NCBI GenBank assembly: GCA_050287085.1
Contig: JBNKBE010000007.1
Span: 96,001 to 160,000, forward strand
Direction: 5' to 3'
DNA from: Polyangiaceae bacterium
GTDB taxonomy: Bacteria; Myxococcota_A; Polyangia; Polyangiales; Polyangiaceae
DNA: 64,000 bases
The notes under the pieces were generated by a model. That model was given only the letters and a program-made list of their open reading frames with translations. It was not told the origin of the DNA and ran no database searches. Both the position numbers and the translations under genes were made by a program. Shown here piece after piece: positions 1-12,797 of the stretch (positions are counted from its first letter, which is position 1; each line of letters starts with the position of its first letter).

Positions 1-1
1 G

Positions 2-1117
2 TGACGCCGGCGCTGCCGCACTCTCTCCTCGCTTCAGTTCCAGCTCGCCTTGGGCCGTCTGGAGCCGAAGAGCTCCCTCGACAACCAGGTAGATCTCGGG
101 AGAGCCCGTTGCCGCCAGCTCGAGTTCACCTTCCACCCGCAGACGACTCAGCTCAAACTCCCGTGCGGGTGTATGATAGACCCAAACCCCTGGACTGACG
201 GCCTCCGCCAAGACTTTGCGAACCGGCTGCACGCTGAAGTCCAACACGCTCAGTAGCTCGGGCACGTCGACGTGTTTTGGTGTCAAGCCTCCACGCAGCA
301 CGTTGTCGGAGTTCGCCATCAACTCCACACCCAAGCCATGGAGGTATGCGTGCATCACACGAGCCGGCAGATAAATAGCTTCGCCCGGGGCGAGCTCCAG
401 GTACCCGAGCCAGGTGCTCAACACGACGCCTACATCCCCTGGGTAGCGTTCAGCTAGCCGAAGCGCCCATGATAGGGCCTTGCCCTCCTGAGCTTCCCCA
501 TCGCGATGCGCGGCGGCGTGCCGGCAAAGGGCCTCCACCCAGGTCCGCTGCAGGTCACTCGAAGCGCTCATAAGTCGCTCGAATGCCGATCGCAAGCCCG
601 AGGCGCCCTGCTCGCGCAGCGGTGCAAGCACCTCACCAAGCGCTGCGACCGGACCACATAACGCCAAGATTTCCTCGGGAGCGCGAAATCCGCAGAGGGC
701 TTCGAACGGCGTCAAAGCGCACAGTAGCTCCGGCTTGTGATTGGCATCACGGTAGTTCCGATGACCGGCGCCCACGGGGATTCCGGCCGCATTCTCGCGC
801 TCATAGCCGGCTTGAGCTTGGGCCAAGTTGGGGTGCGCTTGCAGCGACAAAGGCTCCCCGGCCGCCAGCACTTTGAGGAGGAAGGGAAGGCCGTCCGATA
901 AGGCTTCCGGTCCAAGCCAGCTCGAGCGCGCACGTGCGATGATCCCATCCAAAGCACCTTCCCCCTCCGCGCCAACCACCCGGGAGGGTGCCTTGGGATG
1001 AGCTCCCATCCACATCTCGGCCTCAGGCCTTCCCGTGGGATGATGACCCAGTAGCTCCGCGATGGCGGTGGTCGAACCCCAGGCGTAATCCATGATGTGA
1101 TTGTCGAGTTTGTACAT
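2..1117 (-). CDS. manA: Mannose-6-phosphate isomerase, class I (3' end runs off the window)
   Basis: Not in the ORF track because no stop lies inside the window. Manual minus-strand translation from ATG 1117 gives MYKLDNHIMDYAWGSTTAIAELLG...EAEMWMGAHPKAPS and, near the edge, ...PGEAIYLPARVMHAYLHGLGVELMANSDNVLRGGLTPKHVDVPELL, which are type I PMI signatures. Confidence 0.93.
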   Translation of the reverse strand, partial: MYKLDNHIMDYAWGSTTAIAELLGHHPTGRPEAEMWMGAHPKAPSRVVGAEGEGALDGIIARARSSWLGPEALSDGLPFLLKVLAAGEPLSLQAHPNLAQAQAGYERENAAGIPVGAGHRNYRDANHKPELLCALTPFEALCGFRAPEEILALCGPVAALGEVLAPLREQGASGLRSAFERLMSASSDLQRTWVEALCRHAAAHRDGEAQEGKALSWALRLAERYPGDVGVVLSTWLGYLELAPGEAIYLPARVMHAYLHGLGVELMANSDNVLRGGLTPKHVDVPELLSVLDFSVQPVRKVLAEAVSPGVWVYHTPAREFELSRLRVEGELELAATGSPEIYLVVEGALRLQTAQGELELKRGESAAAPAS

Positions 1118-1357
1118 GATGGCCCTTTGACGAGCGCTCGGGCGTTTGAAAGCGAATCCCCGAGCGGTGCAGCTGCAACGGCCTCCGGGATACACCGAGA
1201 CGACATGGGGTCGTCAAGCCCGACAAGCCCTAGGCGTCGCGTTATCTTTCCCGTACTGCAGGACTAGACAGCCAAACCCTGGAGCCGTCTCTTCAAAGAA
1301 AGCACGCCCAGCTCTGAGGCAGCTCGGGTCTGGTTGCGCGACGGGCCCCAAGTCGCG

Positions 1358-1573
1358 CTATTGATCCTCCCGCGTCTTGGGGTAACCCATCCGTTTCAGA
1401 TACGCTGGAGACGCATACGTCCATGCGGCACTACAGCCTCGAAGCTGCTTTGCGATCAACTCCGGATCCTGTGGACGGAAGTGACGGATGGCAATGTCGG
1501 CATCCCGCCGGCGAAGATCCCTTGTGGCGTTGGAGACCACCAGCTCGACCTCAATGCCGGGATGAGTTCTGCG
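1358..1573 (-). pseudogene. Internal fragment of a LysR-family substrate-binding domain
   Basis: RRTHPGIEVELVVSNATRDLRRRDADIAIRHFRPQDPELIAKQL...YASPAYLKRMGYPKTRED is typical LysR effector-domain sequence. There is no HTH upstream and a stop follows about 70 codons in. Confidence 0.75.
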
Positions 1574-1769
1574 TGGTCCACGCCCTAACGGACGCTCGCT
1601 TGCTGCGTCGGGCGCCCGCAATCGTCGGACGAAGAAGCGCTTCCGCTCAAGCCCATTCCCACACCACAACCCAGCAAGGCGAGGCGAACGTGACCACGAC
1701 AGTACCCTAGTTGCTTGGCGCGCCGGAGTTCGCGTTGACCTGTGACCCGGGTGGCGCTACCCACAGCGC

Positions 1770-3953
1770 ATGACCGGTGCAGATGTCTATCCCTTCCAAG
1801 ACGCCGAACTAACGATTGCCGATCGAGTCGCGGACCTAATGCGCCGCTTGACGCCGGAGGAGAAGGCCGCCCAGCTTCTGCACCAGGCTCCAGCAATAGA
1901 GCGACTTTCAGTTCCGGCCTACAATTGGTGGAATGAGTGCCTGCATGGCGTTGCGCGCGCCGGTGTTGCCACCGTTTTTCCTCAGGCAATCTCTCTCGCG
2001 GCCATGTGGAACCTGCCCTTGTTGCGCCAAGTTGCAAGTGTCATCGCAGACGAGGCCCGGGCCAAGCACCACGAATTCGAGAGACAAGGGGATCGCGATC
2101 TGTATCGCGGTCTCACCTTTTGGGCGCCCAATGTGAACATATTCCGGGATCCCCGTTGGGGACGTGGACACGAGACCTACGGCGAATGCCCGTTCCTGTC
2201 CGCACGCTACGGCGTTGCCTTCTGTCAAGAACTACAAGGCAACGACCCGCACTACCTGAAGCTGGTCGCTACCCCCAAGCACTTTGCGGTCCACAGCGGT
2301 CCCGAAAGCCAACGCCACCATTTCGACGCCGTGGTCAGCGATCAGGATCTTCACGAGACCTACCTGCCAGCATTTCACGCGTGCGTGGTAGAGGGCGGCG
2401 CTCAGAGCGTGATGACCGCATACAATCGGCTGAATGGAGAGCCTTGCTCCAGCAACACGACCTTGATGCAGCACATTCTGAGAGAGGAGTGGGGATTCCA
2501 AGGATACGTGGTGAGCGACTGTTGGGCGGTGCGAGATCTGCACGAACACCACGACGTCACCCGGACGCCCCAAGAGTCCGCCGCGCGCGCGCTGCGAGCA
2601 GGCTGTGACCTCAACTGTGGCTGCAGCTATGAGCACTTGCCCGCAGCGCTGCGGGAGGGTCTGCTGCAAGAGAGCGACTTGGACCGAGCCCTCGAGCGTC
2701 TGCTGACCGCTCGGATGCAGCTCGGCATGTTTGATCCTCCCGAGATCGTTCCGCACGCGCACATCCCCTACGAAGTCAACGCATCCCCGGAACACCGGAC
2801 CGTCGCGCGACAAGCCGCCCGCGAGTCGCTCGTACTACTCAAGAACAACGGCATACTACCGCTGCAAACCACGCTCCGTTCGGTCGCAGTCATCGGACCC
2901 AACGCAGCAAGCGACGACGTTCTTATGGCCAACTACGCCGGAACTTCGTCCATCACGACAACACCCCTGGAAGGTATTCGTGCCGCCTTGGACGATTGTG
3001 CGCGCGTTCTCTACACAGAAGGTTGTCGGCGCTCGGGGACCGCTGTGGAGGGGCTAGACCGAGCTGAGAACATCACCGAAGCGCTAAGCCTTGCACGTCG
3101 GGCCGATGCGGTCGTGATGTGCCTCGGTCTTTCCGCAGAAATCGAAGGGGAGCAAGGTGACGACGGCAACTCAGAGGCGGGCGGCGACAAGACCAATCTG
3201 GACTTCCCCGGCCTGCAACATCAGCTCCTGCAACAGGTTGTGGCCTTGGGAAGACCGACGGTGTTGGTGGTCATTGCCGGAAGCCCCATGGACCTGAGCT
3301 GGGCCCATGAGCACGTGGACGCGATTGTCTTTGCTGGGTACGGCGGTCAAGAAGCGGGCGGAGCCATCGCAGACGTGCTCTTTGGCAAGAGCAGCCCGGC
3401 TGGGCGCCTTCCGATGACCTTCCCGCGGAGCCTTGATGACGTCCCTCCATTTGAGGACTACCAAATGACAGGGCGCACCTACCGCTTTGCGCAGGCCGCC
3501 GCGCTCTATCCCTTTGGCTATGGGCTTTCGTACAGTCGCTTCGAATACTCCGACCTGGTGCTGTCATCGACTGAAACCGACGCACGAACGAACATCGAGG
3601 TCCGAGCACGCGTACGCAACGTGGGCGCCGCTGCGAGCGACGAGGTCGTGCAACTATATGTCCGAGACGACGACGCCAGTTGTCGGACACCACATTGGAA
3701 TCTTCGTGGGTTTCAACGCATTCACCTAGCGCAAGGCGCCGAAACGGAAGTCTCGTTCACGCTGACGCCCGAGTCCTTTGCGCTCACCACCACGTCAGGC
3801 CAACGCGTTGTCGAAGCGGGTTCCTTTACCGTATACCTCGCCGGACAACAGCCTGATGCACGCAGTACAGAGCTCACGGGACAAGCACCGCTGGCCGCTC
3901 AGCTCAGAATCACCGAAACCCGCGAACTCCGTCTCGCACGCGTGGGTGCGTAG
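1770..3953 (+). CDS. Glycoside hydrolase family 3 (beta-xylosidase/beta-glucosidase)
   Basis: WWNECLHG, RDPRWGRGHETYGE, KHF, nucleophile VVSDCWA, YPFGYGLSY and a C-terminal Fn3-like domain; no signal peptide. Confidence 0.93.
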   Translation: MTGADVYPFQDAELTIADRVADLMRRLTPEEKAAQLLHQAPAIERLSVPAYNWWNECLHGVARAGVATVFPQAISLAAMWNLPLLRQVASVIADEARAKHHEFERQGDRDLYRGLTFWAPNVNIFRDPRWGRGHETYGECPFLSARYGVAFCQELQGNDPHYLKLVATPKHFAVHSGPESQRHHFDAVVSDQDLHETYLPAFHACVVEGGAQSVMTAYNRLNGEPCSSNTTLMQHILREEWGFQGYVVSDCWAVRDLHEHHDVTRTPQESAARALRAGCDLNCGCSYEHLPAALREGLLQESDLDRALERLLTARMQLGMFDPPEIVPHAHIPYEVNASPEHRTVARQAARESLVLLKNNGILPLQTTLRSVAVIGPNAASDDVLMANYAGTSSITTTPLEGIRAALDDCARVLYTEGCRRSGTAVEGLDRAENITEALSLARRADAVVMCLGLSAEIEGEQGDDGNSEAGGDKTNLDFPGLQHQLLQQVVALGRPTVLVVIAGSPMDLSWAHEHVDAIVFAGYGGQEAGGAIADVLFGKSSPAGRLPMTFPRSLDDVPPFEDYQMTGRTYRFAQAAALYPFGYGLSYSRFEYSDLVLSSTETDARTNIEVRARVRNVGAAASDEVVQLYVRDDDASCRTPHWNLRGFQRIHLAQGAETEVSFTLTPESFALTTTSGQRVVEAGSFTVYLAGQQPDARSTELTGQAPLAAQLRITETRELRLARVGA

Positions 3954-3978
3954 AGTCGGATGCGCTACGCGCGCCGCC

Positions 3979-4422
3979 TCAGCGACGACGTTGGATCGGG
4001 GGAAGCTCTGGCAAGGGCAATTCAATACGCCAGTGACCCTCCTCGCGACGACACAATGCCTCAGTGCTCTGACGCTCCGAGTCCTCCCCCGTGATGGTCA
4101 CGCGAGCATGGTCGCCGCGCAGCTCAGCACTGAAGCGCGACGGCTCGAAGGCCAAGGCAAAACGAGACGGGACGAGCATTTCCTGGGGACCCACGGGTCG
4201 TCCGGTGACAGCGCTCGCGCGCTCAGCGCGTTCGACCAAGTTGGCTCTACTCGACTCGGCCAGCAGCTCGAATGCCCGCAGGCCCCGCTCTGGATCGCCG
4301 TGGACCGCGCGCATGCGATCGATGAAGGCCTCGACCACCCGCTCAGGGGTTTCGTCTACAGCGGCACGCTGACAACCCCCGATCCAAACGGCGGCGATTA
4401 GAACGGCTGCTCGCAAATGCAC
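3979..4422 (-). CDS. Hypothetical lipoprotein
   Basis: 147-aa ORF with a hydrophobic N-terminus and lipobox-like WIGGC; fills the gap between neighbours. Confidence 0.65.
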   Translation of the reverse strand: MHLRAAVLIAAVWIGGCQRAAVDETPERVVEAFIDRMRAVHGDPERGLRAFELLAESSRANLVERAERASAVTGRPVGPQEMLVPSRFALAFEPSRFSAELRGDHARVTITGEDSERQSTEALCRREEGHWRIELPLPELPPIQRRR

Positions 4423-4513
4423 AAGCGCTAGCTACCGAGACGAAATGTCTTTGGCAAGTTGTGAAGACCACACAAACTGGGCCCTCAGGGCGCGGATATC
4501 TATCCTAGCCCCC

Positions 4514-5530
4514 ATGAGCCTCGACCCGGTGCGGCTGGATCTATCCCCGACGAGTCCACACGTCCACGACAGCCTCGGACTGAGCCGCCTGCTGGAAGGT
4601 AACGAAAGCCTCCGCCTGGTGCATGGGGACAACTCCGCAGCGCTGCACCTGCTCAGCTCTTCACTTACTGAACAAGTGGCTCTGGCCTACGTCGATCCAC
4701 CCTTTCTGACTGAACGACGGCATGACTCGGTCACGAGAACTCGAACGTCCACGGGGATTCGGCGCACCAGCACTGCTGCCTTCGACGACCGCTGGGGGGG
4801 TCTAAGGCCTTACCTGGAAGCGCTTCGGACCAGGATTGGCCAGCTGCGTGAGACCTTGATGCCGTCGGGCAGCCTCGTGATCCACGTCGATCCCAAGACC
4901 AGCCACTATGTCAAGGTCATGTGCGACGAGATCTTCGGGCTCGAGAACTTCGCGAGCGAAATCGTGTGGCGCTACCGCCGCTGGCCTGCGAAGACGCCCA
5001 ACTTTCAGCGGGTGCACGACGTACTGCTCCGCTACGTCAAAGACTCCACCGTGCCGCCACGCTTCAATCAACTCTATGAACCCCTGGCCGAATCCACGCG
5101 GCGAACCTGGGGCTCCGGCAAACAGCGAGCGGTCGTAGGACCGGACGGGCGCCGAATCCGCTCGAGCACAACCGACGCGCCGAGCCCTGGTGTCCCCATG
5201 GGTGATGTCTGGGAAATCGGGATCGTCGCGCCGGTCGCGCGTGAACGCACCGGTTATCCGACCCAGAAGCCTCTGGCCTTGATCCGTCGCCTTGTCGCTG
5301 CCCTCACGCATCCCGGTGATTGGGTCCTCGATGCCTACGCCGGCAGCGGAACCACCCTTATTGCTGCCTCCGCAATGGAACGGCGCGTCATTGGGCTGGA
5401 CGAAAGCCCTGAGGCGATTCGGGTGATGCAGAGCCGTCTCGAATCCGAGGGGCTTGACTACACACTCGACCGCGTCACGGCCCGCCAGCTCTCGAAGACC
5501 CGCGCCTCGGCACGGCGAATGGCTGGGTAG
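4514..5530 (+). CDS. Site-specific DNA methyltransferase (N4-C/N6-A, beta class), orphan
   Basis: Catalytic DPPF near the N-terminus, then YPTQKP and SAM-binding VLDAYAGSGTT near the C-terminus (beta motif order). Start is ATG 4514 or 4445. Confidence 0.9.
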   Translation: MSLDPVRLDLSPTSPHVHDSLGLSRLLEGNESLRLVHGDNSAALHLLSSSLTEQVALAYVDPPFLTERRHDSVTRTRTSTGIRRTSTAAFDDRWGGLRPYLEALRTRIGQLRETLMPSGSLVIHVDPKTSHYVKVMCDEIFGLENFASEIVWRYRRWPAKTPNFQRVHDVLLRYVKDSTVPPRFNQLYEPLAESTRRTWGSGKQRAVVGPDGRRIRSSTTDAPSPGVPMGDVWEIGIVAPVARERTGYPTQKPLALIRRLVAALTHPGDWVLDAYAGSGTTLIAASAMERRVIGLDESPEAIRVMQSRLESEGLDYTLDRVTARQLSKTRASARRMAG

Positions 5531-5540
5531 GCCGCGAGCC

Positions 5541-6320
5541 ATGAAACAGCGCACCAAGAAGATCCGCGCCGATATCGCGCTGGTAGAGCAGGGTCTGGCG
5601 GAGACTCGAACGCGAGCGCAGGCGTTGATCCTTGCTGGACAGGTCTTCCGCGATGAGACGCGGATCGAAAAGCCCGGTCTGCAGGTGGATCCTGACCTTC
5701 CACTGCGCCTGAAGGAGTCGCCTCGCTATGTCTCTCGCGGCGGCCTCAAGCTGGAATCGGCCCTAGATCAGCTCGATGTTACTGTTTCAGAACTGGTGTG
5801 CGCCGACGTTGGAGCGTCCACCGGTGGCTTCACTGACTGCCTCTTGCAGCGCGGGGCGCAACGTGTGTACGCCATCGACGTAGGTCGCGGACTACTGGCG
5901 CACAAGCTCGTAGGCGACGAGCGCGTGGTGGTCATGGATCAAACGAATGCACGCTTCCTGACTCGCGCCACCTTTCCGGAGCCGATTCAGCTGTGCGTCG
6001 TCGATGCTTCATTCATCAGCCTTGAGAAGCTACTGCCGGCTATCCGTGACTTCTTGGGAAGCGAAGGACAACTGATCGCCATGATCAAGCCTCAGTTCGA
6101 GGTTGGGCGTGAACAGGCGCGGCGAAGCAAAGGGGTAATCCGCGATCGCGACATGCGAAGTGCCGCGATCGAAGGGGTCAAGGCGGAGATGCACAAGCTC
6201 GGCTTTGAGCTGGTCGCTGCCTGCGACTCGAAAGTGGCCGGACCCAAAGGCAACGTGGAGCACTTTGTCTGGGCACGACTGCCTTCCACACCTCAGACCG
6301 CGAGCACCCAAATATCGTAG
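5541..6320 (+). CDS. tlyA: TlyA-family rRNA 2'-O-methyltransferase
   Basis: S4 domain (RADIALVEQGLAETRTRAQALILAG), YVSRGGLKL, DVGASTGGFTDCLLQRGA, DASFISL, IKPQFE, GPKGNVE. Confidence 0.95.
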   Translation: MKQRTKKIRADIALVEQGLAETRTRAQALILAGQVFRDETRIEKPGLQVDPDLPLRLKESPRYVSRGGLKLESALDQLDVTVSELVCADVGASTGGFTDCLLQRGAQRVYAIDVGRGLLAHKLVGDERVVVMDQTNARFLTRATFPEPIQLCVVDASFISLEKLLPAIRDFLGSEGQLIAMIKPQFEVGREQARRSKGVIRDRDMRSAAIEGVKAEMHKLGFELVAACDSKVAGPKGNVEHFVWARLPSTPQTASTQIS

Positions 6321-7045
6321 AGGGCGTGAGTCCAAACCGCCGGCGCAAAACCCCGGAACACGTAGATGACCGTGAAGACGAGCCCGCACACGGCGCGGAA
6401 CGTGAACGACCTGAAGTCCAGTGAATCACCCGTGGGTCCAACATAGTGCCACAGCGAAAACACCAAAGAACTCGTTAGCGCCCAGGCCAACCACACGAGA
6501 GGCCGTTGCCAACGCGCCAAGGGGAACAGCACGTTGAGCAGACGATAGCCCAGCGCAAACAGCCCTACTCGAAACGCGATCTCCTCGTAGAAGCCGGCGC
6601 CGCAAGACAGCACTATGCCCGTGAAGAAACCCGGCGACTCTTGCGCTGCAGCCAGCGAAATGCGCCCTACGACGTATCCCGCAAGCAAACGCATAGCGAC
6701 CGCATATACGACGGCCTCGACAATCAATGAGAGAAAGCTGGAACCGCGAAATGCTCGGCCCCGCCCGAGCAACACCAGCATGCCGACATAGACGCTTGCG
6801 ACACCCACGGTGAGGCCACCGTAGGCCACCATGTTGTAGTCCGAGAGCAGAACGAGCTGTCGAGTCATCCAATCCGCCGCATTGCGCACAGGCAGAAAGG
6901 CCACGCCGAGGTGATAGGCGACAAATAGGGGAAGGGTTAGACCCAAGTCTGTCCAGGGATTGCTCTTCGTCTTCTTGAGAAGATCTCGAGCGCCATTTGG
7001 GGTACCGTTTGGACCGGCGGATTCGCCCGTAGCAGTCTTGTTCAT
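6293..7045 (-). CDS. CPBP (CAAX/Abi) family intramembrane metalloprotease
   Basis: Multi-TM protein with EEIAFR, FSLWH and HALYD motifs. Start uncertain (7045 or 7168); overlaps the tlyA 3' end by 28 bp. Confidence 0.85.
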   Translation of the reverse strand: MNKTATGESAGPNGTPNGARDLLKKTKSNPWTDLGLTLPLFVAYHLGVAFLPVRNAADWMTRQLVLLSDYNMVAYGGLTVGVASVYVGMLVLLGRGRAFRGSSFLSLIVEAVVYAVAMRLLAGYVVGRISLAAAQESPGFFTGIVLSCGAGFYEEIAFRVGLFALGYRLLNVLFPLARWQRPLVWLAWALTSSLVFSLWHYVGPTGDSLDFRSFTFRAVCGLVFTVIYVFRGFAPAVWTHALYDIWVLAV

Positions 7046-7197
7046 AGCAGTGGCCCTGGGGTGCACCGAAAGTGGACGCCCTGGCGTTAGCACAGGCGCG
7101 TGGCTTGTCGCTAGTTCAAGCCATAGCGCCTCCGCAACCCGTCGCTCGCTTGCGCCGATCCTTGTCAAGAACTCGAATTCGAGGCACAGGCAGGTTC

Positions 7198-7962
7198 ATG
7201 GCTACTTACGCGCGCATTGAGCAACAAGGAGAAGCGGGGTGGGTGGAGGTCGAGGAGGCTTGCGCTTGGCGTCTGAGCGCTGCGCCCTGGGCCAAACCAA
7301 AACGAGTGAGTGAAGCGCTGGCTTGGGTCTCAATGGGCCCCAGTTTGCCGCCGGTAGCCCCGGGCAAGATCGTCGGCGTCGGAAAGAACTACCGTGCCCA
7401 TGCTCACGAAATGGGAGGGCAGGTCCCGAAAGAACCACTGCTATTCCTGAAGCCTTCCAGCAGCCTATTGCGTCATGAGGGTACGCTCACGCTGCCCGAG
7501 ATCAGTCAGCACGTGGAGTTCGAGGCGGAACTTGGAGTTGTCATCGGCCAAACCTGTCGACGCGTGGAAGCCGACGTCGCTCTGGAGTACGTGTTGGGTT
7601 ACGTACCGCTCTGTGATGTCACGGCGCGGGACCTGCAGAAACGCGATGGACAATGGGCCCGTGCCAAGGGCTGCGACGGCTTCTGTCCGGTCGGTCCAGT
7701 GCTTTCGACCGACATCGAAGACCACGCCAACCTCAGCATTCAGCTGTGGCAAAACGGGGAGCTCAAACAACACGGAAATACTCGCGATATGGTGTTCGAC
7801 GTGCCTACGCTGATCGCCTACATTTCCCAAGCCATGACGCTTGAACCAGGGGACCTGATTGCGACAGGAACCCCGGCCGGCGTGGGCCCCATCTGCCCCG
7901 GCGACCACATTGCGGTGGCCGTGGGTAATATGCCACGGCTCGAGTTCAACGCGGCCAGATGA
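7198..7962 (+). CDS. Fumarylacetoacetate hydrolase family protein
   Basis: KIVGVGKNYRAHA, FLKPSSS, EAELGVVIG, DVTARDLQ, WARAKG, TLEPGDLIATGTPAGVG. Confidence 0.93.
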   Translation: MATYARIEQQGEAGWVEVEEACAWRLSAAPWAKPKRVSEALAWVSMGPSLPPVAPGKIVGVGKNYRAHAHEMGGQVPKEPLLFLKPSSSLLRHEGTLTLPEISQHVEFEAELGVVIGQTCRRVEADVALEYVLGYVPLCDVTARDLQKRDGQWARAKGCDGFCPVGPVLSTDIEDHANLSIQLWQNGELKQHGNTRDMVFDVPTLIAYISQAMTLEPGDLIATGTPAGVGPICPGDHIAVAVGNMPRLEFNAAR

Positions 7963-8822
7963 AGCTACTGCTCGGCGTGCTCTGCCTATGCCTGGTCTCG
8001 CTGGCAGTGTTGGCACTCCGACATAGGGACGCTCCTGCGCGGTGTAGCACGGGCTTCAAGGCGATGGCTGCGCGATGCTGTAGCCAGCACCAGCAACTGC
8101 AAGGCGGACACTGCACGCCGGAGCTCGTCCCGTGCGGCGAGGGAGTGCGGCCACCTTGTATTCCAATTCACCAACGGATCCAGATCCAGGCGGGAAGTCT
8201 GCGACTGGCATTCCATGATTGGCAATCAGAAGGTGTCGTACCAGATGGAGAAATCGTCACCCACGGATTCTATATCGACAGCTACGAACAAACAGTGGCG
8301 CAATACCAGCTATGTGTCGCACATGAACAGTGCGACGTGGCGCCGATCTACAACATAGAACCCGGCTTGCCCGTACGCGGTCTCACGGCAGCCCAAGCTG
8401 AGCAGCATTGCGCCTATCTCGGCGGACGCTTGCCCCTTCAGAAGGAATGGATTTTCGCTGCCGCCGGCCCGGGGGGGAACAAGTACCCCTGGGGATCCAC
8501 TGGGCTCGTCTGCCGCCGAGCCGTCTACGGATTGTCGGACGGTCCCTGCGGCCGCGGTGGGAATTCGCCCGACGCGGTCGCTTCTCGCCCGGACGGAAAG
8601 ACGCCTAGCGGCATCTTCGACCTTGTAGGCAACGTATCAGAGTGGGTGCGAACTGGGGACGCGTATTGGGCTATGGGCGGGTCCTACCGAAGTCAGTTGG
8701 CCTCCGAGCTCAAGACTTGGAGCGTGGAGAAGCAGGCTATCGCCGCGCCCCACATCGGGTATCGCTGTGCCTACGACGGTCCCAAAACTCCCTTGATCCG
8801 AAGCTCAGCGCCCATGCCCTAG
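7959..8822 (+). CDS. Secreted FGE-sulfatase (SUMF1-like) domain protein
   Basis: Signal peptide, Cys-rich N-region, GGRLP..EW..AA, YPWG, GIFDLVGNVSEW, IGYRC; ATGA-coupled to the FAH gene. Confidence 0.85.
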   Translation: MKLLLGVLCLCLVSLAVLALRHRDAPARCSTGFKAMAARCCSQHQQLQGGHCTPELVPCGEGVRPPCIPIHQRIQIQAGSLRLAFHDWQSEGVVPDGEIVTHGFYIDSYEQTVAQYQLCVAHEQCDVAPIYNIEPGLPVRGLTAAQAEQHCAYLGGRLPLQKEWIFAAAGPGGNKYPWGSTGLVCRRAVYGLSDGPCGRGGNSPDAVASRPDGKTPSGIFDLVGNVSEWVRTGDAYWAMGGSYRSQLASELKTWSVEKQAIAAPHIGYRCAYDGPKTPLIRSSAPMP

Positions 8823-8879
8823 CGATCGCAAGGCGCCGATTTCCCGCAGCCAAGCACACGCTTGCGCTATGACTACACC

Positions 8880-10109
8880 ATGTCCGTCGCGATACTGTCC
8901 ATTGGAACGGAGCTTACACGCGGGGAGGTCATCAACTCCAACGCGGCATGGCTGGGTGATGCCGTTTCGACCCTCGGAGTCGAGGTTGCAATCCATGAAG
9001 TGATCCCAGATGACATCGACGTCATCGTGGCCACTCTGAGCCAGCTATCAACGCGCGTAACCACCATCCTCTGCACGGGGGGGCTGGGACCTACCACGGA
9101 TGACCTCACCTCTGAAGCCGTAGCGAAGTTTCTCGCTGTACCTATGGTACGAGATGCCGACAGCGAAGCCCACATTCGGCAGCGCTACGCCAAACACGGC
9201 TTCACGCCGTCGGAGTCCAACTTCAAACAAGCTGACTTTCCTCGTGGAGCCACCATCCTTCCCAATGCTTGGGGTACGGCTCCGGCATTCTCCATCGGCA
9301 TTGGCGCTGCCACGGGGTATTTCTTTCCGGGTGTTCCCGTTGAGATGCGCCGATTGGCAGAGAAGTACGCCCTGCCCAATCTAGCGGCGGACACCGAGGG
9401 TCATATCGCAACCGACTACCTACAGGTATTCGGCATTCCCGAATCCCAGCTCAATGACAACCTGGAAGGTATCGAACAGGAATTTGGCGTGACCATCGGC
9501 TATCGCGCTTCTTTCCCGAAGGCGGAGGTCAAGACCCTGGCTCGTCGCCCGAGCGCAAGTGATGCCAAAGTCGCAGCGGCCGCGGCGGCCGACGCAATCG
9601 CAAGGCGATTGGGATCCCTGGTATTTCATCGAGGGCAGAAGACGCTGGCCGCGGCCGTCGGCGATATCCTTATGGAGCGTGGTCTCAGCCTGGGGCTGGC
9701 GGAATCGTGCACAGGAGGCCTCATCTCCTCACTGATCACGGCCCAACCTTGCAGCGACTACTTCCGTGGCGCCATTGTTTGCTACGACAATCAGCTCAAG
9801 CATGACCTGCTTCAGGTGCAGGAATCGACGATAGCTGATCACGGCGTGGTGAGCTCCGCTGTAGTTCGCGAAATGGCGACAAGCGCCCGCCGGGTCCTTC
9901 AATGCGACGTGGCGATCGCCGTGTCTGGCATCGCGGGACCCAGCGGTGGAACTGAATCGAAGCCCGTTGGGCTGGTGCATTGGGGCGTGGCCACGCCCGA
10001 TGCAGTCCAGACCAACCAACGTGTGTTTCATGGCGATCGCGAGCGGATTCAGCGCTGGGCAGCCTTTTCTGCGCTGGACTCGCTGCGGCTCATGTTGACG
10101 AACAAGTAG
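8880..10109 (+). CDS. cinA: Competence/damage-inducible protein CinA (NMN deamidase PncC domain)
   Basis: IGTELTRG, GGLGPTTDDLT, PGVPVEM, then C-terminal AESCTGG, Y..K and SGIAGPSGG..KPVGLV. Confidence 0.93.
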   Translation: MSVAILSIGTELTRGEVINSNAAWLGDAVSTLGVEVAIHEVIPDDIDVIVATLSQLSTRVTTILCTGGLGPTTDDLTSEAVAKFLAVPMVRDADSEAHIRQRYAKHGFTPSESNFKQADFPRGATILPNAWGTAPAFSIGIGAATGYFFPGVPVEMRRLAEKYALPNLAADTEGHIATDYLQVFGIPESQLNDNLEGIEQEFGVTIGYRASFPKAEVKTLARRPSASDAKVAAAAAADAIARRLGSLVFHRGQKTLAAAVGDILMERGLSLGLAESCTGGLISSLITAQPCSDYFRGAIVCYDNQLKHDLLQVQESTIADHGVVSSAVVREMATSARRVLQCDVAIAVSGIAGPSGGTESKPVGLVHWGVATPDAVQTNQRVFHGDRERIQRWAAFSALDSLRLMLTNK

Positions 10110-10133
10110 GCCGGCGCAGGCTCTGCTCCAGAC

Positions 10134-12797
<2,664 letters not shown>

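Noticed and set aside
1..1226. Small ORFs listed in the track over 1-1226
   Set aside because: The region is explained by manA on the minus strand, which the track omits because its stop lies outside the window.
3979..5530. Restriction-modification or defence system around the MTase
   Set aside because: The neighbours are a lipoprotein and tlyA; no nuclease or helicase motifs are visible.
5541..6320. tlyA as a haemolysin or toxin
   Set aside because: The S4 plus FtsJ-type methyltransferase motifs fit the housekeeping rRNA methylase; nothing in the sequence supports a toxin role.
6293..7045. CPBP (Abi-named) gene as abortive-infection defence
   Set aside because: The motifs are those of ordinary CAAX-type intramembrane proteases, and there is no defence-island context.
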